The position numbers and the translations under genes were made by a program. Under the pieces are notes generated by a model. The model was not told where the DNA came from. It saw only the letters and a list, made by a program, of their open reading frames with translations, and did no database searches. Shown here piece after piece: positions 1 to 16,229 of a stretch of 64,000 nucleotides of DNA (position 1 is its first letter; the number at the start of each line of letters is the position of its first letter). The stretch is taken from NCBI GenBank assembly GCA_964016885.1, contig OZ024741.1, positions 281,790,001-281,854,000 on the forward strand, in the 5' to 3' direction. This DNA comes from Eledone cirrhosa. Its lineage: Eukaryota.

Positions 1-184
1 CATGCTCTAACGATGACAAAGCAGTTTTAGTCACATAAAATGAGTAATTTTGTTAAATTATTAATTTTTTCAAATGTGTTTTAACATTTTAGAAATGCTG
101 TTACACAAATAGTGGAAGTAATTATGAAAAGATTTCAGAATAAGTAAACATATAGAGAGAAATGAAGCAAACATGCTCTATTTG

Positions 185-442
185 ATATGTAATGAATGAT
201 GGAGCATGGATGAAGTGATAGAAAAGCTGGATATAAGAGGAATCAGATGTGCAAAATAAGACCGTGCTAGTTCAGACATGTGATGTGCTTGGATGATTAG
301 AGCTGGATGATGCCAGTGGAAGGAAACTATAGTAGAAAACACAAGGGAAACCTGGGCATACAGAGATAAAGAAAAAATTATACTTGAAACAGCCTGTACA
401 ACCCATGCAAGCATAGAAAAGCAGACATAAAATGATGCTGAT
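185..442 (+). mobile_element. Decayed RTE LINE 3' fragment
   Basis: EKLDIRGIRC-like relic (gaaaagctggatataagaggaatcagatgt). Ends in the RTE terminal motif aacccatgcaagcatagaaaa...aaatgatg shared with the young copies. Confidence 0.7.
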
Positions 443-744
443 AATATTTACTATTCAATACTAGTTTCCACAAGCAACTAAATTTGAAGACTCAATTATC
501 TTTCCATTTTAATTTAGTCTGTAAAAATATCTATCCTATTAATTTAGCCTGCAAAATATCAATGCTGCCAGTAATCTTAAAGAGAAATAAAGTTCAGCTG
601 GGTAGAAAGCCAGACCTTCACAGAAAACATTCCCAAATGATCTGGTGCTCAAATAACCAATAAAATGCTTCCAGTGCATTAAAACTTGAGATTTACAAGC
701 TGTCAGTCCAACACTGTATCCTGTTAATTACAGCTTCTTTGCTC

Positions 745-1310
745 ACTTATTCCAGAGGGTTGTGAGGGCAGAGTCTTCAGACATGCCTTCTCTAGGGTCC
801 TATCAGAAGCAACAATCTCTAACTGATCCAGCTGGATCCCTAAGCAAGAACAACTAAGCTTTTAGATGTTATCCAAACATCATGCTTATGGTCTACCTTT
901 GGGGCTCCTGCCAGTTGGTTTTGCCCATAAAAACTGTCCAGCAATTCTTTCCTTAGACATTCTAACCAATATTTATAGTACCAGAGATGTAATCTCTCAA
1001 AGCAGTGAATTAAGGCTCTACCTGGAGTGACACCTTGATCTTTGAGCCATGCATCCTATTGAGTAATGTTACTCCAAAGACCCTTCAGAGGAAACCCATT
1101 TTGTCTGCTTGTATTTACAATTGTATTCTTTTGGTCATTACCCAGGAGCCATAACCATAGGTAATGGTAGGCACAAACACCAAACAGAAGATAGCTAGTT
1201 TGGATTTTACACCTACTACCCTTCTTTTGGTGACCAAGTGCTGAAGCTGGTGCATTATTGCACCAGCTCCAGCAATTCTTGCATTTAAATTAGCCTTTCA
1301 TCACTCATGA
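745..1310 (-). mobile_element. Decayed RTE (Expander/Rex3-like) LINE 3' fragment
   Basis: Reverse complement aligns to 12830-13450 (kptgRsPkGRP, YGxxSWVMT, IQASKMGFL motifs). Many stop codons. Confidence 0.7.
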
Positions 1311-1701
1311 AAACAGTATTTTATTACAGCTGATAAAACGATCTGATTACAGATGATAAACTAAAAAAAAACAAAAAAACTCCTTACTTTTCTACAATCT
1401 AGCATATTGCAGGTGTGATGCAGGATAACATTGCAAACAGGCAGGTATGATACCATTAGAAAATAAATTGCATGTGAGATAACATGTTTAATTTAAAGAC
1501 AGTACATACTGTAAGTTAGTCATACTGGTGCTATGTCAAAAAGCATTCCTTCATTTATGGACATGACAACTTCCCTAGTGTTGGTGCCATGATAAAATGC
1601 ACACAGTAAAGCATGGGTTCATATGTCAGGCCTTCTGGAGGTCAGTGATGCCACTAGAGTACTAATCAGCCTGTAACAATGTGCTCAACCCTTGCTTGCA
1701 T

Positions 1702-1882
1702 TAATTGTTTCTACTTTTGGCACAAGGCCAACAATTACCCAGTAATGTACTGGTACTTTATTTTATCGACCCCGTAAGGATGAAAGGCAAAGTTAACCTC
1801 GATGGGATTTGAACTCAGACCGTAAAGGGACGTAACTATGCTAAAAAGCATGGCATCCTCTGCCGATACTGCCAATTCACCT
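1702..1882 (-). mobile_element. tRNA-derived SINE (Deu/Nin-like core), short subfamily
   Basis: Close to 11313-11500 (+) and 55905-56092 (-). B-box gagttcaaatccc; core actttgcctttcatccttacggggtcgataaaataaagtaccag. Confidence 0.85.
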
Positions 1883-2496
1883 AAATAATGATAATCATTA
1901 TTATTTCTTCATAATTTCATGTAAGAACATTTTAAGCTATGTTCCAAACATCAAATTGATCATAAAAAAGTTTGTTATTTTACTAAATTCCTTCAAATTT
2001 GTTTATTATTTTCTAAATAAATCGGAAGATAGACAATGTCTTTCACTAGAAATATCATAATGAAAGGATTATTATTGTCAGCTATAGCAGTAAATGTAAC
2101 TCAAGCCTTTAGCTGATTATTGTATTATTCCTATGATCAGATCAAACAGTAATAACTATTGTAAAAGACAGCAAGGAATACACTGCCATTAAATTTTCAT
2201 CTCTTCATTGCTAGATATTTTACTACCTACGTAATTACATACATATATATATATATATATACAAATACATGCATACATACATATATATGCATGCATACAT
2301 TCATTATACATACATATATATATGTATATATATACTGTAATTACAAATTACTTTTTGATGTGGAATGCAGACCTGTTTCCATTATCTTAATGTGAACGGC
2401 TGGCCATGTTAAGTATGCGGATATTCCCTTATCAGAATCTACCCATCTAAACCAGCCTTTTAACCACCCATCTACTCATCCATCCATCTAGCCAGC

Positions 2497-5806
<3,310 letters not shown>

Positions 5807-5826
5807 TATATATCATCATCATCATT

Positions 5827-7101
5827 GAGAAGAAATTCCAAACATGGAAGCATGGCCTAGAATCAAAAGACCTTAAAATTAACCTGTCTAAGACTAAAGT
5901 TCTAGTTTGTAGGAAGGAAAATAGGGAACCAGTCCTATCCGGGAAATGGCCATGCTCAGTGTGTAGGAAAGGAGTAGGTAGAAACTCCATTTTATGTCCC
6001 AAATGCAAAGTATGGGTGCATAAAAGATGTAGTGGGATCACAGGTAAGCTTACTAAGAATATAGATTTTATATGTGGCCGGTGCTCTGGTGCAATAAGTA
6101 GCAGCAAGTGCCCACAGAATACTAGCTCATTCCATTGCACAGATGGTTCTATAGAAATAGTGGACACCTTCCGTTACTTGGGTGACAAAATCAGCAGTGG
6201 TGGAGGGTGCTCTGAAAGTACAGTAGCTAGAGTCAGAACTGGATGGAAAAAGTTCAGAGAGCTTATACCACTATTGGCCGCTAAAGGGTTCTCTCTAAAA
6301 ATGAAAGGCAAGCTGTATGATGCCTGCATACGAACATCAATGTTTCATGGCAGTGAGACTTGGGCATTGATGCAAAGGATATACGCAGACTGGAGAGGAA
6401 CAAAGCTTGCATGCTCCGCTGGATGTGTAATAGTAATATACGTGAACGGCAAAGCATATATGAACTAAGGGAAAAATTAGAAATAAGAGGGATCAGATGT
6501 TTATTCGAGAAGACTACGTTGGTACAGTCACGTGATGTGCATGAAAGACGACAGCTGTATAAAAAAGTGCTGGGCAATAAAAATAGACGGTAGCCACGGA
6601 GTAAGCAGACCCAGAAAAACCTGGGACGACTTGATAAATTCCGACCTCACACACTTACACCTCTCCAAGACAATGTCACTGGACCGAGATCTTTGGCGCT
6701 ACACAGTCATACAGAAGACCCGCCTTACCTAAGTACAAAGTGAAACCTACTACAGTCAGTAGGCACCTCTAACAAAAATACACCCTGTCCCACTACCCCC
6801 ACCCCATCCACACCACCCCTTTCAATGTAAAGTTATGTTGGTACCACAACATCCAGTCCGAAACAAATGAGGTCGTGTAGGTGTCATGACAAAAAAAAGA
6901 CAGTCCACGCTGTAATGTGGCCGTGTAGGTAACACGGTAAAAACCTCCCAGTCCACACTATAAACGTGGTTGGTGTTAGGAAGGGCATCCAGCCATAGAA
7001 AACCCGCCAGACAGTCCTATACGAGCAAGACAACCATCTTGCCTCAAGTGGGAAAATTCCCGTCCAAACCCATGCAAGCGTGGAAGATGGACGATGATGA
7101 T
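5827..7101 (+). mobile_element. 5'-truncated RTE-clade LINE (C-terminal RT region, Cys/His finger, 3' UTR, (GAT)n tail), frameshifted
   Basis: Highly similar to 50238-51645. Motifs LKINLSKTKVL, CSVC..CPKC..HKRC..CGRC, FRYLG, HGSETW, RPRKTWD. Frameshifts near 6370 and 6500. Confidence 0.95.
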
Positions 7102-7292
7102 ACATATATACATATATATATATACATCATATATACATACATATGGTGGCTGTCAACTCGTTTTCGAGTACGGCCACTACTTTATATCCATGTAGGAGAA
7201 CTCCTACCGATGCGCTGAACGAGTGTGACTTTTTAGTCCAGCCAGCGACTTAAAAACTCTGGTACAAACACTACACTTGTGACAATTCTTGA

Positions 7293-8532
7293 CATGGTGT
7301 GGACGATATTTGTTCGCAATTTTCAACTGCTAATTTTATGCAAATTTTTTTTACTTCCATTGTCACTCTTGTCTTCATAAAAACAGTGACTATATTTCTA
7401 TTATTTATTTTCAGAATAATTTTGAACCTCCAAATTTGTGGAAGAGACACGGAGTTCTTCTTCGAATCCGTGCCGGGGGGACAAATAGGGAAATTGCAGA
7501 CTTTCTCAGCGTCAGCAGGAGGATGGTGGAAAAGGTCAGAAAGGAATTGGAAGATTCAGGATTCGACTACGAAGCAACATCAGAGAGGAAAACACAGGAT
7601 CGATGATCTGACGCCTTCAGAATGCCCGAGTTCGTCGCTGAAGTTCAGGATATCATCAACAATGAACCTAGCAAGTCGATGCGTGACATTGCAAGGGAGA
7701 AAGGCGTGGATGAAAAGCTCATTAGGCTGGTGGCACATGAAGACATTCGCTATGTTTCACACAAGATGAGGAAAGGACAATTTCTGTCAAAGGTGATTGA
7801 AGCACGCAAAGAAGCTAATCAACAAGTTGAAACACCCACTGGAGCCAGACATGCTGTGGTTTTTCTCCGAAGAGAAAAACTTCTGCCAAGACCAGAAGAT
7901 CAACTCCCAGAACAACAGGTGGCTGGCTGTCTCGTCCAAAGACGTGCTCAGAGTCATGCAGACAAAGTTTCCAGTGACAACATTGGTCTTAGGTGTCGTC
8001 AGCAGTCAAGGTGACGTCGTGCCACCTCACTTCTTCCCTGAGGGCCTCAAGCTGAACACCGATGGCTACATCCACGTTCTGAGCGAGGTAGTAAAGCCCT
8101 GGATCAACCAGGTAGCTGCAGGTAGGCCATACGTGTGGCAGTAAGACTCAGCGCCCTGCCATACCAGCCGAAAGACCCAAGCCTGGCTGTCGGAGAACTT
8201 CGTCGACCACACTTCACCTGACTGCAACCCCCTCGACTTCTTTGTGTGGGGCGCAGTGGAACGAGACACCAACAGATCTAGCTGCAATACGAAAGATGAT
8301 CTGAAGGTCAGGATCACAAGTGCCTTTAGGGGCCTAAGTCGGGGGACAGTGACGAAGGCCTGTAGCCAGTTCCGAGGCCGCCTTGAGGCCGTCATCAAAG
8401 CCAATGGCGGGTTTATCGAGTGAGATCGAAAGAACAAGTCATGAAGACAAACTGACCCAAGTTTGATAAATATATAAAACTGTTATTTTTTCCTAGACAG
8501 TAATCTTGCGAACAAGTATCGTCCGCACCGTG
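7293..8532 (+). mobile_element. Tc1/mariner DD37D (maT) DNA transposon, decayed transposase
   Basis: TIRs CATGGTGTGGACGATATTTGTTCGCAA / TTGCGAACAAGTATCGTCCGCACCGTG. Motifs FFSEEKNF, WQ*DSAPCH, PDCNPLDFFVW. Same family as 61355-62655. Confidence 0.93.
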
Positions 8533-9299
8533 TGTACATATATATATATATATATATAAGTAATATGAATATAACAAGAGACTACAAAAGACTACAAACA
8601 TTTATTACATAATTGATGTGTTTCTCCAATTAACAGGTAAACAAAATCTAAAAGATGCAAGTCCAATGGGATCTCTCTCTCTCTCTATTTTTATATATAT
8701 ATATATATATTAGACAGTGAGGTTTTTTTACAAAATGAAAGAAAAAAAACGAGGTGTCCTTCCTACACAAGTGAAAGTATAATGAAAAAAGATGAAATCG
8801 AAAATGCAACTGGAGTTTTTTTTTTTTAAATATCTTTATTTGGTTCCTTTACCAGTTTCGCAGTTCTTGTGCTTTTCAAAACTAGAATTGAGATGGAGGG
8901 TTTGTGGTTTTTCTCACATATATATATATATATATTACAATCTCCATTGTGACGTGTATGTGTGTATGGTTGTATGGTTGTATTTTTATGACTGAAACCA
9001 ATAAAAGAGCAAAAGTGATATAGTAAGAATAGTGTTTTCAGAAGTAACAGTTTAAGGTAGAAAATATATATTGAAAGAAGGTCACTGATCAACTGTCTGT
9101 CAGTCTTAATGAAGAGTACTCAGTTGTTTGATCAAACAAATTCCTTACTCATGATATTCCTTTGTAAGTGGTTGAGTATTCTGCAGACATTAGTGCCCAT
9201 GACAATTCCCAGGCTAAATCAGCATGACATTATTACGTAAGAATGCTAGAACATTGAAATACAAGTACAATCCACAGAGAGAGAAAGAAAGAGAGGATC

Positions 9300-9810
9300 A
9301 AATACTCCAGTATTTGACTGACACTATTTATCAACCCTGAAAGGATGAATGGCAAAGCTGACTTCAATGGAATTTGAACTTAGAGAACAGAAAGCCAGAA
9401 CAACTAATGTAAGGCCTTCTATCTAACAATTTAATGATGATTCTGCCAATGTAGATGATAGAGAAAATGGAGAAGCTTGTCACAGAGTCCTACAAGTTGT
9501 AGGGGTGCCATATTGGCATATGGCATTTCTTGAGCATTTTAAAACCTGGTGGAGCCCATCTCTTCTCCAGGTCTGAATACAGCAGATTTCTTTCAGAGAA
9601 GGATAAGGTATGAGAGAGATGAAGTGAGAAAGATATATAGAGGGAAAAAAATAACCCCAGTACTTGACTGGTACTTTTTTTTAATTGACCTCAAAAGGAT
9701 GAAAGGCAAAGTTCACCTCAGCAGGATTTAAACTCGGAGAGCAGAAAAGAAGAACGAATACCACAAAGCACTATCAGATGTTCTATCAACTCCGCCAATT
9801 CATCGCCTAT
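9300..9810 (-). mobile_element. Two tandem SINE copies (Deu/Nin-like core; the second has the long 3' extension)
   Basis: Core aggatgaaaggcaaag(c/t)tgac occurs twice (9340-9365, 9696-9725). Extension gagcccatctc..ccaggtctgaatacagcagatttc. Confidence 0.8.
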
Positions 9811-10282
9811 GCTTTAGCAGGGAATATGGTCTTAAAACACTTTTTTTGTTTTTTGTTGTTGCTGGTCTATTGTAGATGTCCTTCATGGAGGGGAAAATCT
9901 GACTGAACACTGGAAAGCAATGAATCACTTGCCAGTTTCACAGTGCTACTACTTATAATTCTGAGGCTATATTACTTTCAATTTCTATTTGAAGTGAAAG
10001 CACTCTCCCAACATTATAGCATGTAAATCTATTCATGTGACAATACTTGATATCAGCTCTGTAAATCACACAATAACTTGTCAGTGTCCATTCTATTTAC
10101 AAGTATTGCCTACTCTGTTGCTATGTAAACAGTGAAGTAGAGGTTAAGAGGCCACTTACTTGATGTAAAAAAACTCCTAAACTATTTAATAAAATTAATA
10201 ACCATCACTGTGAGGTTAAAATGATAGGCTCCTGACCAAATCAGAAAATTAAATCTTTATATAGATACTGTGCAGCATCATT

Positions 10283-10515
10283 TAACCTTTTCATTACCAT
10301 CTTTCTAATGAAATACATACTATTTCAATTAATTAATGAAGAATTTTAAGGGATTTACTAACAATGTTAATTTTTTCGTTTCTCAGTAACTTAACTTATG
10401 CTTTTCATATAAAATTATGCTGGAAGATTTTAATTTAAATTGGAAACCCTGTAAAATGTGTGGTTTATTTCATAGAACTAGAGCTGGTTTTATGTAGGTT
10501 GGTATGAAAAGTAGT
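10283..10515. mobile_element. TTAA-flanked (piggyBac-like) MITE, family A
   Basis: ttaaccttttcattaccat...ggttggtatgaaaag. Homologous to 31511-31746. Confidence 0.65.
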
Positions 10516-10569
10516 AACAAAACATACCTGCTGGCTAGCAAAAGTAAGGGGGAGAGGCATACTCTACAT

Positions 10570-10863
10570 CAGAGGTTCTCAAAGTGAAGTACTACCACCC
10601 TCTGAGGGGGAGGGATCGTTGAGGAGGTCCAGGGGCACTGGGGCCTAAGGGGTCAGTAGAGATGATATAATAGTATATTAAATATCAAATGATATATATA
10701 TAGTAAAATAAAAAAACTATTTATTTACACATAATTTATACATAATAAATAATATAATATATACTAACAATTTTATTTATATTATTTACAATTTGCATGT
10801 AGGCAGGTCTTCCTTGAAATGGGAGGGGGGAGGGCAGTGGCCCACAAAGTTTGAGAACCTCTG
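10570..10863. mobile_element. hAT (Charlie-like) MITE
   Basis: TIR CAGAGGTTCTCAAA...TTTGAGAACCTCTG. 8-bp TSD ctctacat/ctcttcat. Confidence 0.9.
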
Positions 10864-10879
10864 CTCTTCATCATAACTT

Positions 10880-11160
10880 CTGTAGTGTATCTCAGCTGGG
10901 AGAGGAAGACACTACACCCCAGTCTAGGTGGTATATCTCAGCTATAGGAGGGAATGGAAGACACTACCCCCCAGTCTAGGTGGTATATCACAGCTGTGGG
11001 TAACAGACTACACGTCACTCTGGGTGGTATATCTCAGCTGTGAGTGGCTGAATCTACACCCCAGCTACATAGTATATCAGCTGTGAGGACAGACTGCACC
11101 CCAGTCTAGGTGGTATATTAGCAGACTACACCTCAGCTATGACATACTACCTAGACTGTG
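10880..11160. repeat. Minisatellite, ~40-60 bp unit (agactacaccccagtctaggtggtatatctcagctg)
   Basis: About 6 degenerate copies. The unit matches CRE-like 3' sequence at 17243-17278. Confidence 0.85.
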
Positions 11161-11285
11161 TCCTCAGAGAAATGGTGAAAGTATTGCCATGGAGAATAGT
11201 CAAGGACACCCGCTACATCATCCACTCCATTTCAAAGGGGTTCTTCCTTTGGTGGGATGCCCCCTTCCCAATTTTGTGAAGGAAA
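11160..11285 (-). mobile_element. CRE-like non-LTR retrotransposon 3' fragment
   Basis: Minus strand reads FLHKIGKGASHQRKNPFEMEWMM*RVSLTILHGNTFTI, matching the end of the RLE domain seen at 17.3 kb and 56.3 kb. Confidence 0.7.
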
Positions 11286-11312
11286 ACAGTAGTTATTTAT
11301 TGCAAACATTTG

Positions 11313-11500
11313 GTGGATTGGCAGTATCGGTAGAGAGTTGGACACCATGCTTTGCAGCATAGAGTTACAGTCCTTTATCACCTGAGTTCAAATCCCACCG
11401 AGGTAAACTTTGCCTTTCATCCTTACGGGGTCGATAAAATAAAGTACCAGTAATGCACTGGGTAATTACTGGCCTTGTGCCAAAAGTAGAAACAATTATA
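11313..11500 (+). mobile_element. tRNA-derived SINE (short subfamily)
   Basis: A-box-like tggcagtatcggtag, B-box gagttcaaatccc, core as at 1702-1882. Confidence 0.85.
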
Positions 11501-11834
11501 TAATCAAACTGCTAGCTCCAGATGGATTGAAATAACAAAAAAAAATAAATAAATAAATAAACTTATACATCCCTACTTTAAAGTTGCATAGTTAGCAGTG
11601 GGAGGGACATCATGCTGCTGTAAAACACTACTATTTCTTCAAAACAATTGCAAAACATTAGAAGTAAAAGTATTAAAGTAAAAATTGAATTAAAAGCTTT
11701 CCCTGTATTTTTACTACAGAAAATACAGCAAAATCTGAATTAAATTTTCAAGTTCTGCTCACCATCTTTTAAACACACATGCTTTGTTTACTTATTGCTA
11801 TTAAATTATAGCTTCTAAATATAATAAAAAGAAA

Positions 11835-12090
11835 TGGGTGGGTAGCACACTTGTCTGGCAAACAAGATCTGAGTTCGCCCCCTGCATGTGCTGATGTCCA
11901 TTTTCCCCCTTTTTGGGGTGTGGGGGCTTATATTCTCACTCGTGTAGGAGGAACCCCTCTCTGGCTATTGGGGTCGAGACATTAGGTCAGATCATTGTGC
12001 CATCTGGCCTTTGGTTGCCCTCTGGTTCTTCACGACTGCCTTGGTGTCCACTGTCACTTGACAGTGGAAATATAAACCCACTACAATGTG
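11835..12090 (+). mobile_element. Probable tRNA-derived SINE of a different family, with a 3' hairpin
   Basis: tRNA-like head (gggtagcacacttgtc...gagttcgcccc). 10-bp stem tccactgtca/tgacagtgga at 12047-12068. Confidence 0.45.
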
Positions 12091-12199
12091 TATCATATAA
12101 CAGAGGTAAATATTTTGAATTATAAGATTATATTTATTTAAAGCAACTAGAAATACAGACATCGGTTGATGTATAGAAAAACAATTATATAGCCAGGGA

Positions 12200-12548
12200 C
12201 ATCATTTTATGTCCATTTTCCATGCTGGCATGGGTTGATGGGTTGTCTCAATCTGAGATGAGACAGGTCAGGGAAACTGTGCTTCACTCATACATTCAAT
12301 TTTTGGTGTGATTTCTATAACTGGATGTCCTTCACAATGCCAACCAGTTTACAGAGTGTACTAGGTGCATCTTTTGTGGCACATCACTACCACTCTACAG
12401 AGTGTACTGGGTACTTCTTATGGCACCAGCACTTCCACTTCATGGAGTATACTGAGTGCATTTTATCATATCACTATCACTTTACAGAGTGTACTGGGTG
12501 TATTTTATAGTGGCACCAACACTGCCACTTTACAGTGTATTTTATCAT
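12200..12548 (-). mobile_element. RTE 3' end with tandemly amplified UTR module
   Basis: catcattt..gtccattttccatgctggcatgggtt tail, then ~5 copies of actttacagagtgtactgggtgcatttta. Confidence 0.7.
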
Positions 12549-12829
12549 GTAGTGAGAAGTGCTACAACTTAGTAATAGTTGTTACTGTGATCATCCAATC
12601 TTCTCTTCATCACAATACAATACATCATCCAATAAATCTTATTTTTTTAAAGCTGATAAAGAGTTATTTAAAGGAGAACTTGGCTGTTTTCAGCAAAACA
12701 AGTAACTGCATAGGTTTCCTCTTTAGTTCAATGAATTAGTAGTCAACTAAATACAATTTCAGAAGTAATTAATTCAGACCTGAAAGTATTTAAAACAACA
12801 ACACTTTATTTGCTGATCTCAAGTTGGAT

Positions 12830-13450
12830 TCCAGCAAACCCCAAAGTCCTCCCATGTCTTAACTCTGGACGAGTGCTGCATAGCTGGAATGAAAATCAGT
12901 GCTGCAAAAACTCTCATCCTCTTAAAGAAGCCTGCACAGTGCACTCCACATGTGAATGAAGTACCACTGAAGCAGGTAGAGACATTCAAGTATCTTGGAG
13001 CTGTGTTCATGAGTGATCGAAAACAGGAAGGCTGGATTAAGTGTAAGAATTGCGGCAGCTGGTACAGTAATGTGCCAGCTTCAGCATTCAGTAATGAGAA
13101 GGGAGTTAGGCTTAAAAGCCAAACTCGCTATCTTCAATTCAGTATTCATGCCAACCTTTACCTATAGACATGTATCTTGGTTAATGACCAAAATACAATT
13201 GCGAATACAAGCGACCAAAATGGGGTTTCTCTGAAGGGTCTTTCAAGTAATGTTACTTGATAGAGTGCATAGCTCGGAGATCAGAGAGTCACTCCACTAC
13301 TTCTCTGAATTGAGAGATCACAGCTCCGATACTATGGACATGTGGGTAGAATGTCTCAGGAAAGAATCGCTAGACAGATTTTATGGGCAAAACCAACCAG
13401 CAGGAGACCCAGGTGTAAACCCCGAGCAAGATAGTTGGATAACATCTCCC
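12830..13450 (+). mobile_element. Decayed RTE (Expander/Rex3-like) LINE fragment
   Basis: MKISAAKT, LKQVETFKYLGAVF, KAKLAIFNSVFMPTFTY, RIQATKMGFL, SQLRYYGHVGRM. Confidence 0.85.
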
Positions 13451-13519
13451 GCCACCCATACACATTATTATTTCAAATTTAGACGAGGAACTTTAAAAGG
13501 AAAGGAAAAGTTAATTATA

Positions 13520-13672
13520 ATGACCCTATTACTTTACAGGTATTTTATTTCATCTACCTCAAAAAGATGAAAGGCAAAGCTGGTGTCGGCAGGATTTGAA
13601 CTCAGTGCAGATAGCTAGACTTTATACCACAAAGCATTTTGTCCAACACTAACAGTTCAGCCCATCCAATAA
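13520..13672 (-). mobile_element. SINE (Deu/Nin-like core)
   Basis: gatgaaaggcaaagctgg..ggcaggatttgaactcag. Confidence 0.7.
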
Positions 13673-14311
13673 TAATAATGATGTTTAGACCCAGGTCAGC
13701 CTTGATGAAGCAGAGCTATGGTCAAAGGTATTCTAGCCATGACTAACTTATTAATTCAGGCAGTGTTCTAACAAGGATATGGTTACTTAATGTCCTTTAC
13801 TATTTTTTAAGACAGTAGGATGTGATAGGAGAAAGATTTGGCTGCTATTTCTAGCACAAAGACTCTCATTGGTTCCATGATAACGATGGTGAAATGTCTT
13901 AACAAAGACTTCTTTTATAATTATAAAAGGTAGTTAGAAAACAGATATAATGTTTGTTCAATTAGATGATGAATTGTTTGTAAGCTGTTATAGATATAAA
14001 TATGCAGTGACTACTACTACTACTATTAAATTTAATATTTTGATGTTGAAGACAACAGATATAAAAATAAATAGATCAACCCAATATTTGCAGAACCATT
14101 CAATTTATGTGAAAGAAGACTGAAAATATTTTATGTGAAACAAGACTGAAAATATTTAATGCGAAAGGGGGGGGGGGGATATTAAGAGAATTGTAAAATA
14201 GCTGTCAATTGTAATGAATATGCATAGTATTTAGTTTTTAATCATGAAACATTAAAATGTTGAATTTAGCATAATTGCACTTTTTTTTTTTAAATACAAT
14301 TTAAAGAAAGT

Positions 14312-14616
14312 TACTCCTGGGTCTCAAATAATGCCACCCTCACCCCCTTTATTAAATTTTGCTAATCTATCTCTAGCAAAATTTTATTTTAAGTGGTAGC
14401 ATTTTCTCTAGACATTAAAAAACATTATACATGACAAAAAAGAATGTTACCAAAAAGAATGTTACCAAAAATTTGGGTCTCAATATGTAAACTAAACAAC
14501 TAATTCTGTTTTCTTTTTAATAAAACAAAGATTTCAACCTCGAAAACTTATCGATTTTCCACCACCACCCCGCTTATTCCACTCCCCACCCCCCTATTAT
14601 TTAGGAATTGCAAGTA
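14312..14616. mobile_element. Tc1/mariner-like MITE
   Basis: Ends tactcctgggtctcaaataa...ttatttaggaattgcaagta. A 54-bp internally deleted version lies at 35168-35221. Confidence 0.5.
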
Positions 14617-15049
14617 TTAATTAAAATTTATTAAATGAATAAAATCTCAATAAAATGTTCATATGAACATTTCACAAAAGTGATTTGGCTCTTGTATTGC
14701 ATATGCATTAGATATAAATGTTACTTTTCTTTGTATTAAACAGCTACAAACTACCTGCGACATTTAAACCATATTCCATACAGATATAGACAAACTATTT
14801 GTAAAACTAAAACAAAGACAATTTTTAATGTCAGTGAAGCATATTTTGTACACCATTCATTTCACATGCAGATAAATCCACAGAAAATGTCAGATCTTTT
14901 AAATAACTCCATTATGTAAGCACCTACAATATAGTTTCTAAAAATACACATACATTTGCATAATAATCTAAAAAGAAGACCTCTCTCCATCATCATATGA
15001 GTTGCAATACAAGAAAGGGTTTCAAAAAAAAAATCCTATTTTTAATTTT

Positions 15050-15420
15050 TGTTCTACACTCCTGTATGCTGCATCTATGAGAAGGGCCATGATTTATAAT
15101 AGGAACGAAACATGGGTGATGTACATGGAACAGCAGAAAGGGCTGGAAAGAACAGAAATGAGAATAGTCCAGTGGATGAGTGAGGTATTGTTGAAAGAAA
15201 GAGAGAGAGATGTGGGGAAGGAAGCAATGAATTGCAGAAGATGATAGGAACAGAACTACTGATGAATGTTGTGAAAAGAAATGGAATAGGAAGGTTAGGT
15301 CATGTGTTGAGGAAGGATAAAAGTAACTGGGTGAGAATAGTGATGGAAATGAATGTGGAAGGACATAGAAGAAAGGGAAGACCAATAAAGTTATGGCTAA
15401 AATTAAGGGTGATAGATAGC
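15050..15420 (+). mobile_element. Old RTE LINE 3' fragment
   Basis: RAMIYxxETW, LERTEMRIVQWM, RLGHVLRK, VEGHRRKGRP. Confidence 0.75.
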
Positions 15421-16229
15421 GAGTGATAGATAGCAAGTGATAGATTGTGCATGTGTTTGTGTATTCTGGTTTCCTCTTTTTTTCTTTTTGCTTAGTCAAA
15501 GCTGTGTACATGCAAGACTTTAAAAAAGATATAGACATTGGAAAATAACAATTTTTAAAAAATAATCTAGTCAAATGATTGCAAACCTTTGACATGCATA
15601 TCAGCACAACATGCAATAGACTTTGCTATATCCTGTTATAAAAAAAAAAACCTTATCTAAAATTAAAATACAAGTAAACAACTGATTGACTCAAAAGGCA
15701 TTGGAAATCTTAGTAATTTTAAATTTACTGGTCCCAACGAAAATAATAGTCAATCATTATAAAAATAGTTGAGAAAATTGGGTAAAACACTCCTGGAGAT
15801 GGAAAAAACTAGACAGAGGCACTTCTGTCCACTTTACCCTATTTTCTCAACCATAATTTATAGTGATTGAGAATTATTATGGTCATGTGCATTGGGAAAA
15901 GTAAATTTGAAAGACACATAAGTGACAATCCAATAACAAGATTATTAAAGAAATTAAAATATCAACGTGCCACACTAAAAATGTTCCTCATCAATGATCT
16001 AGATAAAAGTTATCTTCTAATTTTGATATTTGTGTTTCTTCTTTCTTAAGCAGGCACCACTTAGAAAGAAATAACGCCCTTAAGCTGTCAGGCTGAGGCA
16101 TTTATGACAAGCTCATGCTTGTATACTGACTTAACACTTTCATTGCCATATCTCTAATAAAATACACAGTATTTGACTTAATGAAGAATTTGGAAAGATT
16201 TGCAACACTTAGTAAAGGGCAGTGGATTG

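Noticed and set aside
10880-11160. CRISPR-like repeat/spacer appearance (also 36985-37385 and 48365-48665)
   Set aside because: Degenerate tandem units without unique constant-length spacers, no cas genes, eukaryotic context.
11313-11400. tRNA genes at SINE heads
   Set aside because: A/B boxes are present, but there is no closable cloverleaf and each head is followed by a SINE core.
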